A DNA stretch of 64,000 bases from Nitrosopumilaceae archaeon (GTDB taxonomy: Archaea > Thermoproteota > Nitrososphaeria > Nitrososphaerales > Nitrosopumilaceae): contig CBDCCK010000002.1 of the NCBI GenBank assembly GCA_965214835.1, forward strand, positions 2,496,001 through 2,560,000, in the 5' to 3' direction. The notes beneath the pieces were generated by a model that was not told where the DNA came from, ran no database searches, and worked only from the letters and a program-made list of their open reading frames with translations. Both the position numbers and the translations under genes were made by a program. Positions within the stretch are counted from its first letter, which is position 1. Every line of letters starts with the position of its first letter. Below are positions 19,482-30,173 of this stretch, one piece after another.

Positions 19482-20897
19482 CAGTAGTTCCTCGATGTAC
19501 TTTTGCAGGCACGATAATTACGCAATTTGCCGAGATTTTTTGACCATCATACTATAGATCAGGCGGTGTGCCAACCATCATCATGTCAGTAACACAAAAC
19601 GACGTGTTTGCACACCAGTTTGACATAACATCGAGACAGTTTAAAACATTGCGACGGCGGTTTCCCAAGCTCGGGCTGGCCGTCTCAAAGAGTCGCAACG
19701 CAGTGTATGACCACATCGACGCACTGCGCGTTCTATATTTCATGTCTGAGAGGAGGATGTTTGCAGAATCTGCCGTGACGCACCTTCGCAGGCGGGCCTC
19801 AAAATGCAGCAGGCAGCAGCATGACGACGGGGCTGCCTCCAAGGGCGGCGCGTATAGTTGCCGTACGCCTAGTCCGGACTGGATCCTAAAGGCGATCCGG
19901 GGCGTCAGCCTGGATGATGCGCAAAAGTGGTGCAGCTCCATGCTGCAGCATACGGTAAGGTGCGCCCGCAGGTCAGGCATGCTGCACAACACGGACGTCG
20001 TGGCAGTGGACGTTACCGACGTGGAATACTATGGCAAGGGCCTGGAGGATATCGCCAGAAAGTCAAAGCCCAAGAACGGCACGTCGACGTTTCTCTCGCA
20101 CATTACCATGCACGGAATAGGATCAGATGACGGGTCTGACCTCGTGCTTTCCTCGCTGCAGCTTCCAAAAGAGGCAAAACTGGCCGATTTCGTGCCTAAA
20201 ATGATCCGCAAGGCGTCCAGATCAGGGATGAGGATCAAGACGTTCCTGTATGACCGCGGGTTCTTTAACGTGGACTGCATGAGGGCTGCAGAAACAAGCA
20301 CGGGCAGCTACATCATGCCTGCCGTCAAGAACAGGAGGATAGTGGCGGCAATAGAGGAGCATGACCGCGGAGAACGCGGTGCGGTATCAAAATATACAAT
20401 GACCAACAAGGACGGCAAGAGCGCCACATTCAGGCTAGTCATTGTGGAAAAGGACGAGGTAGAAAAGGACGGCACGGCAGCAGCAAAGAAGGACAAGGCA
20501 GAAGAGACCATAGCCGACAGGTATCTGGTCTTTGCCACCAACATGTCTGCTAAAAGTGCAGAGGCAGTCATTGAGCAGATACCGGAGGAGTACCGCAGTC
20601 GGTGGGGAATCGAGACCGGGTTCAGGGTGATCAAGGGGATAATGGGCAAGACGTGCAGCAATTCCCCGGTCGTCAGGCTGCTGCTGTTCTATATGTCTGT
20701 CATACTGTACAACCTGTGGAGGACTGCCGTGTTCATAGACGTGGAATCCAAGTGGGACGGATTTGCAGGAGGGAAGGGGTTTACCATGATGCTGTTTGTC
20801 GCGTGCATTGTCGATGCGGCCGACTCGTTTGTAAACGATCGCGGAAAGTAGCGGAGGTGCCGTGTCGGGTCTGCAAAAGTACATCTAGGAAGTACTG
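19482..20897 (+). mobile_element. ISH3-family (IS4-like) element, copy 1
   Basis: TIR CAGTAGTTCCTCGATGTACTTTTGCAG / CTGCAAAAGTACATCTAGGAAGTACTG; 4-bp TSD ATGT. Confidence 0.88.
19568..20851 (+). CDS. ISH3/IS4-type DDE transposase
   Basis: VAVDVT, LYDRGF, YRSRWGIETGFRVIK. Confidence 0.9.
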   Translation: MPTIIMSVTQNDVFAHQFDITSRQFKTLRRRFPKLGLAVSKSRNAVYDHIDALRVLYFMSERRMFAESAVTHLRRRASKCSRQQHDDGAASKGGAYSCRTPSPDWILKAIRGVSLDDAQKWCSSMLQHTVRCARRSGMLHNTDVVAVDVTDVEYYGKGLEDIARKSKPKNGTSTFLSHITMHGIGSDDGSDLVLSSLQLPKEAKLADFVPKMIRKASRSGMRIKTFLYDRGFFNVDCMRAAETSTGSYIMPAVKNRRIVAAIEEHDRGERGAVSKYTMTNKDGKSATFRLVIVEKDEVEKDGTAAAKKDKAEETIADRYLVFATNMSAKSAEAVIEQIPEEYRSRWGIETGFRVIKGIMGKTCSNSPVVRLLLFYMSVILYNLWRTAVFIDVESKWDGFAGGKGFTMMLFVACIVDAADSFVNDRGK

Positions 20898-21108
20898 ATG
20901 TCACCATATGCATCATTGCTGTTCCAAACACCTCCGTGCCGGCAGGGGTATGCAGCCCGTGCCACGTGCTCCCTGCATGACTATCCTGTGCAGTGCCCCC
21001 CCCCCTGTCCTGCTGCTGATAGGTTCCATGTCCGGATGCCTGACAAAGATGAACATGTACTGGGCAGCAGCTGCCAAGCTTGCCGCCAAAATTGCACTCC
21101 ATGTTTGG

Positions 21109-21220
21109 GTAACAGCTCGCGCTCTGGAGGCCATTCCTGGTTTTATGCACGGATTGTGCTAGACCGGGGTTTCTTGGGTGACAAAATTCACGCTTGGACT
21201 TCCAGAGCCCGGCATGTTAC
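21109..21220 (+). mobile_element. Diverged IS66-type MITE copy
   Basis: GTAACAGCTCGCGCTCTGGAGG...ACTTCCAGAGCCCGGCATGTTAC. Confidence 0.7.
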
Positions 21221-21268
21221 CAAAATTTTCATACCTTCATTAATGGTCGCCGTCCCTCGTAATTGTTC

Positions 21269-23914
21269 ATGAAGTTCTGCACTGCTTGTGGCACAAGACT
21301 CGCCCAAAACCTTCAGGATGTTGGCGGTCCGGGAATATGCCCCAAGTGCAGTCCTGAGATGATCATTCCAAAGGGGCCGACATTTGGAACGAACCACTTT
21401 AGAAAAACAAAACCCTGCTTCAAAGGCTGCGGCGCTGAGATCTATTGGGATGACTCGTTCAAGTCTGACAGTGGCAAGTTCATTCCGATTGATTCGAGAA
21501 CTGATGAGCCACATCGATGCGACGGTCCGACCGAGTCAGCAGAGCCCGGCTATCCCGATGAGGCAAAAAAATACCCCGGGAAAAAAGAGTCAAAACCGGA
21601 ATCAACAATCCCGGTATCTGAGGAAATTTTGTTTGATATCAAAAAAATCCCAAGATCCCTCATCGAAGGTGATCTGATAGTTCATGAAATCATTCAAGGT
21701 CACACGGAGAAATCCTTGGGGATAATTCACTATGAAAACCTGGCATCCCCCGAACCTGAAAAAATCCCGGTCGAATCCCTAAATGACGTCTTGTCTGAAA
21801 AAATCCTGGATGGAATTAAAAGGTATGGTTTTTCTGGACTGCTACCCTTCCAGGATGAGTCCGTCCGCTCCATTCTAAATGGGGAAAACTCTATCATCTC
21901 TGCGCCAACTGGCTCAGGAAAAACCGAGGCCTTTAGCATACCGATTTTAGAGAAAATCTCACAGGAATCTGAACCCGGAGTGTTTGCCCTGCTTGTATAC
22001 CCCCTAAATGCCCTCATTGATGACCAAGTTTCAAAAATCTCAAACCTGATAGACAAATGTGATCTGAAAGGCAAGATGGGCGTCTACTCCATTCATGGCG
22101 GACAAAGTTCCCAATACAAAGACATGATAATCTCAGATGCCTCTAAAAAGTCATTAATCATTGCAACAAACTTTGATTTTATCAATTACCACCTGATTTT
22201 ACAAGACAAAAAATGGAACAGGTTGTTCAAAAATGCAAAAATCATTGTGATGGACGAGGCTCATTCGTATACTAGTTTTCACGGATCAAACGTATACCAT
22301 GTTCTAAAAAGGATGAGGCGCTACATGAAAGGTGTTCAGTTTGTTGGCTCTTCTGCAACTCTGGATAACTCCTTGGAATTTTTCTCAGACATGTTTGATT
22401 TGCCCCAGGAGTCCTTCTCGTACATCAAAAGCAAAACCAGACGAAAAAGAAACATGCACATGTTTTTCATCATGCCAAGAAAGTTTGGCCAGCGAACCAC
22501 CATGGAGATGCTGGCATCCATTTGCCACAAGAATAAATCGACACAACTGATTTTCAGCAACTCCCACAACGATGCGGAGTTTTTGGCATCAAACGTAGAG
22601 TCTGCCAATGACGGAATGCGCATCCAAATTCATCGCGGGGGCCTTGATCAAGGCAATCGAAAACTGTACGAGTCTCAGATGAAGGCAGGCGAACTAGACG
22701 CCTTGTCCTGCACTCCGACGCTGGAGCTGGGCATTGACATTGGCCACGTGGATGTTGTGATCTCTGCATTCAAAAACGAGTTTGATTCTTTTGTGCAGAG
22801 AATCGGCCGTGCAGGCAGAATGGGACAAAAATCCTACGCAATCTGCGTTTTCGACCCCGATGATGCCTCCTGCCACTATTTTGCGCGTCATATCGATGAT
22901 TATCTGACTCAAAATCACGTAATTCCAATCAACAAGAAAAACACGATCATTGCAGACAAACACACCGAGTCAATCAAAGTAGAAAGGGAGTCAGCGGCAG
23001 AATATGACAAGTCCCGATTCTTTGATTTTGCAAGTAGTGTGAACCTTCGTGGCTCTTCAGGCGAGATTGCGATTTATTTTAATTCTAAAAAAATCGGCAC
23101 TCGCGATGTTCCGGTAGGGTACTATCAATTGCATCAGAATGCAATTTATCATTTCAACAAGCAAAACTATGAGGTAACCTCTTTGATAAAATCACAGGGT
23201 GGTGCAAGAGCCTACCTGAAAAGATCCTATGAAATGCAAAAAAGAACAATACCTGTTGTTAGAACGTCAATGCTTCAAACATCCGAAAGAGACGCAACTC
23301 GCAGAAGCATTTCTAAAAAATCTGCGACCCTTTCTCTGAGGTACGGGTTTGTTGAGCTGAGCAGAACCATTACCGGCTACATGAAAGGAAACTATAATGA
23401 TTCCATTGACAACTTCCAAACCTTTAGTGGGGTCACAGTTCCCTCGTGGAAAAATTTTAACTGGAAGTCAAAACACTCCTCGGTAGGCATTATCCTCCCC
23501 CCTGAGTTTGTTTTGGCATCTGAATCATCTTCTAAAAGTCAGATTGTATCGGATTCCAGAGTGCATACTATAACACATGTGTTACTCAACGCTGCAAAAA
23601 TTGTCACAAAATCCGAATCAAATGACATTGATTCGTTTTATGAAAATGGCACAATCTATCTGTATGATAATTCTTCAGATGGATTTAATGGGTGCAGCAA
23701 GATTGTCTTTGAAGAATTTGAAAAAATTCTAGATACCTGCAGTTCTCTGCTGTCTGATTGCAACTGCCCCGTGGACTCAAAGCAGAGACGGCAGGCAAAG
23801 CTTGGCGAGGGGTGGGGAGGATGTCCCAAATGCACGTTTGTCACAAGTTACTGCCAAACCAAGAATAAAGATCTGTCAAAACAGGACGCCTTGGACTTTT
23901 TCTCCCTATTTTGA
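21269..23914 (+). CDS. DEAH-box SF2 helicase with N-terminal Zn ribbons and C-terminal Cys cluster (DUF1998/Hrq1-like)
   Basis: APTGSGKT, YPLNALIDDQ, MDEAH, SSATL, TPTLELGIDIG, QRIGRAGR; C-terminal CNC...GCPKC....C. Confidence 0.88.
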   Translation: MKFCTACGTRLAQNLQDVGGPGICPKCSPEMIIPKGPTFGTNHFRKTKPCFKGCGAEIYWDDSFKSDSGKFIPIDSRTDEPHRCDGPTESAEPGYPDEAKKYPGKKESKPESTIPVSEEILFDIKKIPRSLIEGDLIVHEIIQGHTEKSLGIIHYENLASPEPEKIPVESLNDVLSEKILDGIKRYGFSGLLPFQDESVRSILNGENSIISAPTGSGKTEAFSIPILEKISQESEPGVFALLVYPLNALIDDQVSKISNLIDKCDLKGKMGVYSIHGGQSSQYKDMIISDASKKSLIIATNFDFINYHLILQDKKWNRLFKNAKIIVMDEAHSYTSFHGSNVYHVLKRMRRYMKGVQFVGSSATLDNSLEFFSDMFDLPQESFSYIKSKTRRKRNMHMFFIMPRKFGQRTTMEMLASICHKNKSTQLIFSNSHNDAEFLASNVESANDGMRIQIHRGGLDQGNRKLYESQMKAGELDALSCTPTLELGIDIGHVDVVISAFKNEFDSFVQRIGRAGRMGQKSYAICVFDPDDASCHYFARHIDDYLTQNHVIPINKKNTIIADKHTESIKVERESAAEYDKSRFFDFASSVNLRGSSGEIAIYFNSKKIGTRDVPVGYYQLHQNAIYHFNKQNYEVTSLIKSQGGARAYLKRSYEMQKRTIPVVRTSMLQTSERDATRRSISKKSATLSLRYGFVELSRTITGYMKGNYNDSIDNFQTFSGVTVPSWKNFNWKSKHSSVGIILPPEFVLASESSSKSQIVSDSRVHTITHVLLNAAKIVTKSESNDIDSFYENGTIYLYDNSSDGFNGCSKIVFEEFEKILDTCSSLLSDCNCPVDSKQRRQAKLGEGWGGCPKCTFVTSYCQTKNKDLSKQDALDFFSLF

Positions 23915-23939
23915 CTCAAATCATGCGAAACCAACAGTA

Positions 23940-24017
23940 GGATCTTGTGCGTAATCGGTGCAGATCAAAAAAGCCAGGCAGTTTTTGCGTCATTTTTGGC
24001 AAATGCGCACAAGGTCT
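23940..24017. mobile_element. IS5/ISL2-type MITE copy
   Basis: Homologous to 14343-14420 (CTTGTGCGTAATCGGTGCAGATCA...GCGCACAAGGTCT). Confidence 0.7.
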
Positions 24018-24483
24018 TGTATTTTCAGGCCACAGCCGGAACTACCGCAGTTGGTCTTGAGGGATCAGAGACGGGGCCCGACTTTACCTAAAATTTCTTT
24101 TGCGGCAACATCCAACCCCACCCGAAGGCCCTTTGGAACATACGGATTTGTCGAACCATGCAAACTCTTCGTTTTTTGCCCATCCTAAAGTCTTTCTAGC
24201 GTCTTTGTTCTAAAATCATCATATTTTATGCCTGCTGAGCTTAAAACATCCCCCAAAATTTCGATTATTGCGTCTATCTCATTCGTAATTCTGAGGCCAG
24301 AGTGGATATCGCAGACATCTTTTCCTTCGTCTCCCTCGTAAAACGCCTTTAATTTTTTGGCAATCAGAGCATGAAGCAAATAGACGGGAACTTTGCCTAC
24401 TGTTAACGGGAGTATGGTATGCTCGCGCTAGCCACCTTGCTACTGCCGGTCATTGCTTCCCCCATATTGAACTCAAGAAATAC

Positions 24484-24592
24484 GTAACAGCTCGGGCTCT
24501 GGAAGTTGTTCCTGATTTCAGGCACGAATCTGCCCGAGGGATCTTCGAGGTGGCAAAACTCACAACTGAACTTCCAGAGTCCGAGCTGTTAC
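24484..24592 (+). mobile_element. IS66-type MITE
   Basis: Near-identical to 14226-14336; TIRs intact, no TSD. Confidence 0.85.
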
Positions 24593-24719
24593 CTCAGGCG
24601 ACACTGCTGGCCGGAGCCTTCATGATCACGCCTGCCATGCCGTATCCCGGGGGAGGGGTAAACTTTTGCCTGGGAGGTGCCACCAAACCATATTAATAAA
24701 GTCGCAGCCGCGTTATTCC

Positions 24720-24902
24720 GTGCTGCATAAAGCATACCTTGTGTTCGTAGGCCTGCTGGCACTTGGTGCCGTAATCATATCCGTCGGGATGATAATTGAC
24801 AGTGACGAGTACTGGCTGGTTGCCGATTATTTGACCATCTGCATCTTTGCGTCATCTGCAACATTCCTGCTCGTATTCAGGCAAAAGGCATACGGGCAAT
24901 GA
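24720..24902 (+). CDS. Small two-TM membrane protein (60 aa), block copy A
   Basis: Paralog of 54003-54185. Confidence 0.65.
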   Translation: MLHKAYLVFVGLLALGAVIISVGMIIDSDEYWLVADYLTICIFASSATFLLVFRQKAYGQ

Positions 24903-25116
24903 CTGTCACCGGCAGGACTGCGTGCAGGCACAGGCTGCCACGGACTGCCCGTCCGGGCCGGGCCGTGGATCAAAGCGGCGGGCGCATCTGCCGAATCGGC
25001 GGGGGTATCTCAGTGGAGGGCCGGGAGGACTCACCGAAGCAGGAAGATCAGAGTTGACACAGTCATCAAAGCAATTTCACACAAGGGTTAAAGCACCCGC
25101 GGGGCAAACTGTGCAT

Positions 25117-25317
25117 ATGCAGCCCGAAAAGCAAAGGAGCAACATGTGGTTTCTTTTGCCCATATTCATGAACGTGTGCGGCGGACTAATCGCATATTTT
25201 ATTCTGCGGCATGACGACCCCCGAAAGGCAAAAAACTGCCTCTATCTCGGAATCGCCCTGATAACAGTCGGCATCGTGACAAGCCTGATCTTTTCGCTGA
25301 CCGGCATAGACATGTGA
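25117..25317 (+). CDS. Small membrane protein (66 aa), block copy A
   Basis: RSNMWFLLPIF...GGLIAYF.LRHDDPRKAKNCLYLG; paralog at 54402. Confidence 0.75.
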   Translation: MQPEKQRSNMWFLLPIFMNVCGGLIAYFILRHDDPRKAKNCLYLGIALITVGIVTSLIFSLTGIDM

Positions 25318-25529
25318 GGCCGGAAAGGCAGCAGCTGAGGATCAAGTCAGGAGCCATGTGAGCAGATCAGCTGCGGATGCCTGGGTTTTTCCCTGATCGG
25401 CATTTTTTTCTGCCCGGGCACGATCCTGTCTTTTTTGAAAGCCATGGCAGGCCCGAAGCGCAACCTCTGCCACTGCCTGCAGGGGCGGCTGCAGAGTACA
25501 GTCATATGGAGAGGGCCGCACGGGAGGTC

Positions 25530-25979
25530 ATGGAGGCGGCAAGGCTCAGGGACAGCGTGGAGAGGTGGCTGGTTCATGAAAGCTATAGGTTCTACCAGAC
25601 GGAAAACGAGGAAAACGACTTTACCCTGACGGTAAAGCATGCAGGATCATTTGGAAACCGGATTGAGGTTTTCAGTCCAAGGCAACAAAACGTCGTCCTA
25701 GTAGTCGGCAGCCTCGTGCCCCTAAAAAACAGCCAGAATGCCAGATACCAAAGGCTGAACCATGCGCAAAGGGCGAGCTTTGCAAAAAGGGTGGACGACT
25801 ATTGCCACTCCATAAGGGCAATAAGCAGAACTAGGATGGAGGACGGCAAGCCGGTCTTTGGCGTATATGTTGTGCTAGATGACGAGGAGAGGTTCAACCA
25901 AAATGACTTTTCCGAGGCCATGATCCGGGTGGCAGAGATGGGCGACATGGTGTCCCGGTTTTTGGTAAAGACATGCTAG
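25530..25979 (+). CDS. DUF2299-like conserved archaeal protein (149 aa), block copy A
   Basis: RLRDSVERWLVHESY; paralog at 54833. Confidence 0.65.
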   Translation: MEAARLRDSVERWLVHESYRFYQTENEENDFTLTVKHAGSFGNRIEVFSPRQQNVVLVVGSLVPLKNSQNARYQRLNHAQRASFAKRVDDYCHSIRAISRTRMEDGKPVFGVYVVLDDEERFNQNDFSEAMIRVAEMGDMVSRFLVKTC

Positions 25980-25998
25980 CAGATGCAGGGATGGAGAC

Positions 25999-26116
25999 GG
26001 GACTGTTAAGTTGTCGGGATATGGTTCCTCCTGTTAAGAGTCGGGATATGGAAGCCTCCTGTCTTGCAAGACTTGAGCAGTACAGTCGGGCCATGATTAT
26101 CAGCATGGTGACCTGA
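25999..26116 (-). mobile_element. Non-autonomous derivative (or second end) of the SWIM/IS6-like element
   Basis: 25999-26058 is the reverse complement of about 37383-37440; 26060-26116 resembles the reverse complement of 36202-36262. Confidence 0.7.
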
Positions 26117-26404
26117 TCGGTCAGTCCGAGTACCGGGGATTTCTCAGGTATTTTTCACATTTCTCCATTTCGGACTGTTTCATTCCAGCGCCGCCCGTGC
26201 TCAAATTTCAGGACAGAATCCATCCCAGCCAGACTTTTAGTTTCGTATGAAATCTCCGGGATTTAGTGAGCGCAAGCGGTGTTTGAGACTGTCCATAACC
26301 CCATTAACTGTTATGCTGCCGATCATAAGTTCCTGAGTAGAACCGATCCTCTCCGGATGGGCCTTCTGGCGTCAGGCTGAATTCCGGACGTCCTCAGGCA
26401 CTCG

Positions 26405-26535
26405 GGGGTGTCGCCTGATTCATCAGGATTTCTGGGAACCGCGCGATGTCATCCGGGCCCGGGCGTGCCAGGGGCAGGGCGGAAGTTCAGAAGAACGTGC
26501 AGGCTGGGCCAGGCAGGTGAATTGCGCGACAGCCT
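26405..26535 (+). mobile_element. Diverged IS256-type MITE
   Basis: GGGGTGTCGCCTGATTC...GAATTGCGCGACAGCC; homologous to the element at 44219-46069; GGCACTC repeated on both flanks. Confidence 0.7.
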
Positions 26536-26964
26536 CGGCACTCTGGCAGCTTGCGCCTCATCGTCCCAAACGCGGAGCAATACCGGGAGGCCAGGCACGT
26601 CCCTCTTTGACCGGCTCCGGCAATTTTCAATGGCTCTGACCCCCGACCCCCGAGCGGCCCTCCCCCGTAGTCACTGGCCGCTCCTGCGCGTGTGCCGAGG
26701 CGCCCATTACAACGTGGGCCTTGTCTGTGCTGCATGCAGGCGGCACGAGGTAAGGCCGTACATGCCAAATTTTTCCCCGTATGTACAAAAGAGCCTGCGG
26801 TGATCGATCGACACTGCACCGCACGCCATGATGTCGGGCATAAACTCTTCGGCACATATGAGCATGAACTACGCATGGAGGCGCCTTCCGTTGTCGAGGA
26901 ACCTGAGAAGCAATCCGTAATTAAATTACGAGTGGCAGGTTGCAGTTGTTTTCTGCCGTGTTTT

Positions 26965-27082
26965 TCAGGCCACAGCGGCTATCCGTTCCAGTATCCTCAG
27001 GTTGACCAGCCCGCACACGATACTGTTGGCCAGATCGTACTTTCTGAGCCTGTTTCTGTACTTGTAGCTCATTATCTTGAAT
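26965..27082 (-). pseudogene. 3' fragment of the split IS5 transposase
   Basis: Encodes FKIMSYKYRNRLRKYDLANSIVCGLVNLRILERIAAVA*; joins in frame to 34866-35686 through the shared AAT. Confidence 0.85.
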
Positions 27083-28800
27083 AGACCTTATGCGTAATCG
27101 ACCGGATCGAAATATTCCGACGGTGGCCGGCCATACATGCAAGGCTGACGGCATCACATGACGTGTATGAGGGCGGCAGAGTCCGTATATAGTGCAGCTA
27201 CGAGCCATTACAGCTGGTAAAAACTACAGTATAGTGCGGCATCGTGTGGCGCCGCAATGCGCTCCGTATCGTGGTATCAGAACCCATGCATGAGCTTCTT
27301 GTTCCGCTTGTCCCACAGCAGCCTAAAGTTGGCAAGCCCGGCCGTCACCTGGAACTCCCTGTCGAACTCCTCGGCGGTCCCGTCGTACGGATCACGCATC
27401 CGCTTGTACTGCTTTATCCGTCCTATGGCGTGCTCTACTGTCACCCTCTTGCTGCTTATCCTCCTGTTCTGCGCTTTCTGTTTCTTTGTAAGCTTGCCTT
27501 TCCTTGGCTTCTTGTCGGGCTGCACGGATGTGGCCCCGGGATACACCTCCTCGATTCCCATGTATCCCAGATCAGAGAACATCTTTACCTTCTCGTCCTC
27601 GGGGTGCTTTCTGTTGCTGCGCATCCTGGCAGTCAGGATTCCCAGATCCGGTGGGTTGTTCTTTATCATGGTGAGGTCGTGCGTGCTTCCGGGCGCCGAC
27701 TTGCTTGCATACATCGCCAGTCCCTTCTTGTCGGCAATCACCTGGGTGTTGCGCGTAAAGCTCTTCTTCTTGCCAGAGTATGCCTCCTTTCTTGGCTCCT
27801 TGTCTGTGGGGCGCTGTATGTCGATGTGCGTGCCGTCTACAATCACGGTCAGATCCGGGACGATCTTCTTGACTTCCTTGATCGTGCGGGCGTTTCGTAT
27901 CTTTCGCGATACGGCGTCCGGCGTGGGCAGTATCTTGAGAAATATCATGTCGCAATACCTGAGGTACCTGCATACGGTGCTCTGGTCTATGCCGAAGAAC
28001 GCCGCAAGCTGCTCCTGTGTCGGGTTTCCGTACTTGCGCATCAGCGACATCAGCAGGGCGTGGCGGTAGGACAGCTTGCACCGGTTTCCGGGCAAGTTGT
28101 CCTCGTCTTCTGAGAACAGGGGGCCTTCTGTGTGCTTTTTGGCAAGCTTCGTAAACCGGTCATATATGTAGTCAAACTGGCGGAGGTTCATCGACGTGGT
28201 GGGCTGCAGGGACCCGCCACCGATTATGTCATCGAGCACCTCGAGCCTGTGCATGAGGGCGGCGTTGTCCGCGGAGCGCCTGTCGTCATCCCAGGTTGCG
28301 GGCCACATCCGGCGCTCGGCGTCCAGCTGCTGTTCCAGCTGCCCTATCCTCTCCTGATCCCGCTCCTGCCTCCTGCCGTCCTGCCTGCTCTTCTTCTCGT
28401 ACTCTCTGATCTCCTTCCTGTACTGCATCCTCTCCGTCCTGTCCCGCGCCTTCTCCTTCCTCTCCTGCCTGCTCTTCTTCTCGTGCCTCTTGATCCTCTT
28501 CTCATACTTCTTGATCTTCTTTTTGTCCCGCGCCTTCTCCTTCCTGTCCTGTACCTTCTCCTTCTCGTACTGCTCGATTCTCTTCTTCAGCAGTCGTATC
28601 TGCTCGGTCTCGGACTTTGCCATTACTCTTATGCGAGAATGGATCCCGGATCTAAATCAATCGTCTGAAAATAGTTGTGGTTTTGATCAAATATTTTCAA
28701 CGTTGTAAGGTACAGTCGCGCGTGCGCCGGCCCTGACTTGCCTCATTTGTAGCCCGTGCGCCGGGGGCATCGCCGCTAATTTCGTTTACGCATAAGGTCT
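27083..28800 (-). mobile_element. IS5-family (ISL2-like) element, copy 1, 1718 bp
   Basis: TIR AGACCTTATGCGTAA / TTACGCATAAGGTCT; AAT flanks. Confidence 0.9.
27277..28623 (-). CDS. IS5/ISL2 DDE transposase with charged N-terminal extension
   Basis: QEQLAAFFGIDQSTVCR HTH; IVDGT, YSGKKK, GSTHD, SDLGY, RVTVEHAIGRIK. Confidence 0.9.
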   Translation of the reverse strand: MAKSETEQIRLLKKRIEQYEKEKVQDRKEKARDKKKIKKYEKRIKRHEKKSRQERKEKARDRTERMQYRKEIREYEKKSRQDGRRQERDQERIGQLEQQLDAERRMWPATWDDDRRSADNAALMHRLEVLDDIIGGGSLQPTTSMNLRQFDYIYDRFTKLAKKHTEGPLFSEDEDNLPGNRCKLSYRHALLMSLMRKYGNPTQEQLAAFFGIDQSTVCRYLRYCDMIFLKILPTPDAVSRKIRNARTIKEVKKIVPDLTVIVDGTHIDIQRPTDKEPRKEAYSGKKKSFTRNTQVIADKKGLAMYASKSAPGSTHDLTMIKNNPPDLGILTARMRSNRKHPEDEKVKMFSDLGYMGIEEVYPGATSVQPDKKPRKGKLTKKQKAQNRRISSKRVTVEHAIGRIKQYKRMRDPYDGTAEEFDREFQVTAGLANFRLLWDKRNKKLMHGF

Positions 28801-29203
28801 AATCTCGACAGACGAGGCAAGAAACCTGCTGGTCAGAAGCGACAACGGCACCCAGTATACGAGCCGCAAATTCAAGGAGAGCATGAAGGCGCTTGGGGTA
28901 AGGTGCGAGTATATCTGGCACAACACGCCCGAGCAGAACGGACATGTCGAGTCCTTCCACAAGACCCTCAAAAAGGAGTACGTCTGGCCGCACGACTTTG
29001 CCAGATTCCAGGATGCCGAGGTTGTTCTGACAAAGGCGTTTGCGGACTACAACCAGGACAGGATCCACTCGGTGCTGGGATACCTGACGCCGGACGAGTT
29101 CGTCCAAAAGACCCGGAAAACGATGGAGGTACGGCAAAAATGAGCGATCAGAGTGTGCGTAAAATATCGCCAAAAGCGTTCCTATTTTATGGGGTCCACT
29201 CCA
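28801..29203 (+). pseudogene. IS3-family OrfB 3' remnant with right IR
   Basis: RSDNGTQY, TPEQNGHVESFH, YNQDRIHSVLGYLTP; ends TTTTATGGGGTCCACTCCA like the IS3 end at 33973. Confidence 0.8.
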
Positions 29204-29567
29204 ACCTCGTCTGCTACGGATCTGCCCCTTGCCCTCCACGTCAGTATGCACGTCATAACCCACGACCACCTCCTCATCCAGATCTCCCCTCCCTTGATCT
29301 GCCCGCTTATCTTGCGGGAGACGGCGGTGAGTTCTCGTTCTCGTAGTACCTGAGCTGCCTGCCCTGCTCCTCGATTGTCTTGTCTTTCTCCTCCAGCATT
29401 CTGTTCGTTGCCTTTAGGCTCCTTTCTAACGTGCTTATTCTGTCTGTGACTGACACGATTGTGGCCTCAAGCTTGCGGCATGTGGGTCGGCGGCCTTTCA
29501 TAATGCTGATGTCATGCAGGCATCGCATTTGATCGGTATGATCGTGGTATGTTAGACAGGTTGTCAA
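29204..29567 (-). pseudogene. IS66-like transposase N-terminal remnant
   Basis: Coiled coil followed by LRYYENENSPPS; frameshifted and truncated by the IS3 end. Confidence 0.55.
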
Positions 29568-29711
29568 AACACGTCAAAACATAAGTGGCCTCGTACAATA
29601 GAGCCTCGTACAAGTGACCGAAAAAGCTAAAAAGAGGCAAATCCGCCTAGACTTGATGAAGAATTTTAGCTGTTGCTGGAAATTTTTCACTATTGGAGGC
29701 TTACAATAAAA

Positions 29712-30173
29712 TTGAAAGCATCCAAAGTGATTAAGACAAAGAGCATATACAAACCAAAGGAGTACGGTGATGGCCTAAGAGTCCTAATAACGAGGTACTA
29801 CCCCAGAGGCGTCAAAAAAACCCATTTTGATAGGTGGATGAGGGATCTTGCGCCCAGCCAAGAACTGTTACGCAGATACAAAAACGAGCAAATCCATTGG
29901 GAGGATTTTATACCATCATTCAAACTTGAATTGCAAGAAAATCAGAACAGTGTCAATTTAATAAAATCATTGAAGGCCAAATCAAACTATTCCCACGTAA
30001 CCTTGCTGTGCTATGAACCGGAAGGCACACCGTGTCACAGGCACCTGTTAAAAGAGATCATTAGGAATCCGAATCTTCTAAATGTCGATTTTGTGCCGGA
30101 ATATGCTGATTATCATAAAGGAGGAGCGATGAAGAAACATGTTGCCCACAAGGAAGCTTGTATCGTACCCTGA
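29712..30173 (+). CDS. DUF488 family protein
   Basis: IKTKSIY, DGLRVLITRYYPRGVKK, WMRDLAPSQELL, VTLLCYE...CHRHLL. Confidence 0.85.
   Translation: MKASKVIKTKSIYKPKEYGDGLRVLITRYYPRGVKKTHFDRWMRDLAPSQELLRRYKNEQIHWEDFIPSFKLELQENQNSVNLIKSLKAKSNYSHVTLLCYEPEGTPCHRHLLKEIIRNPNLLNVDFVPEYADYHKGGAMKKHVAHKEACIVP

Noticed and set aside
27244-28708. Long plus-strand ORFs over the IS5 transposase (also 44420-45884, and antisense ORFs over UvrD, gatA, acs and SNF2)
   Set aside because: Shadow ORFs opposite well-supported genes in GC-rich DNA.
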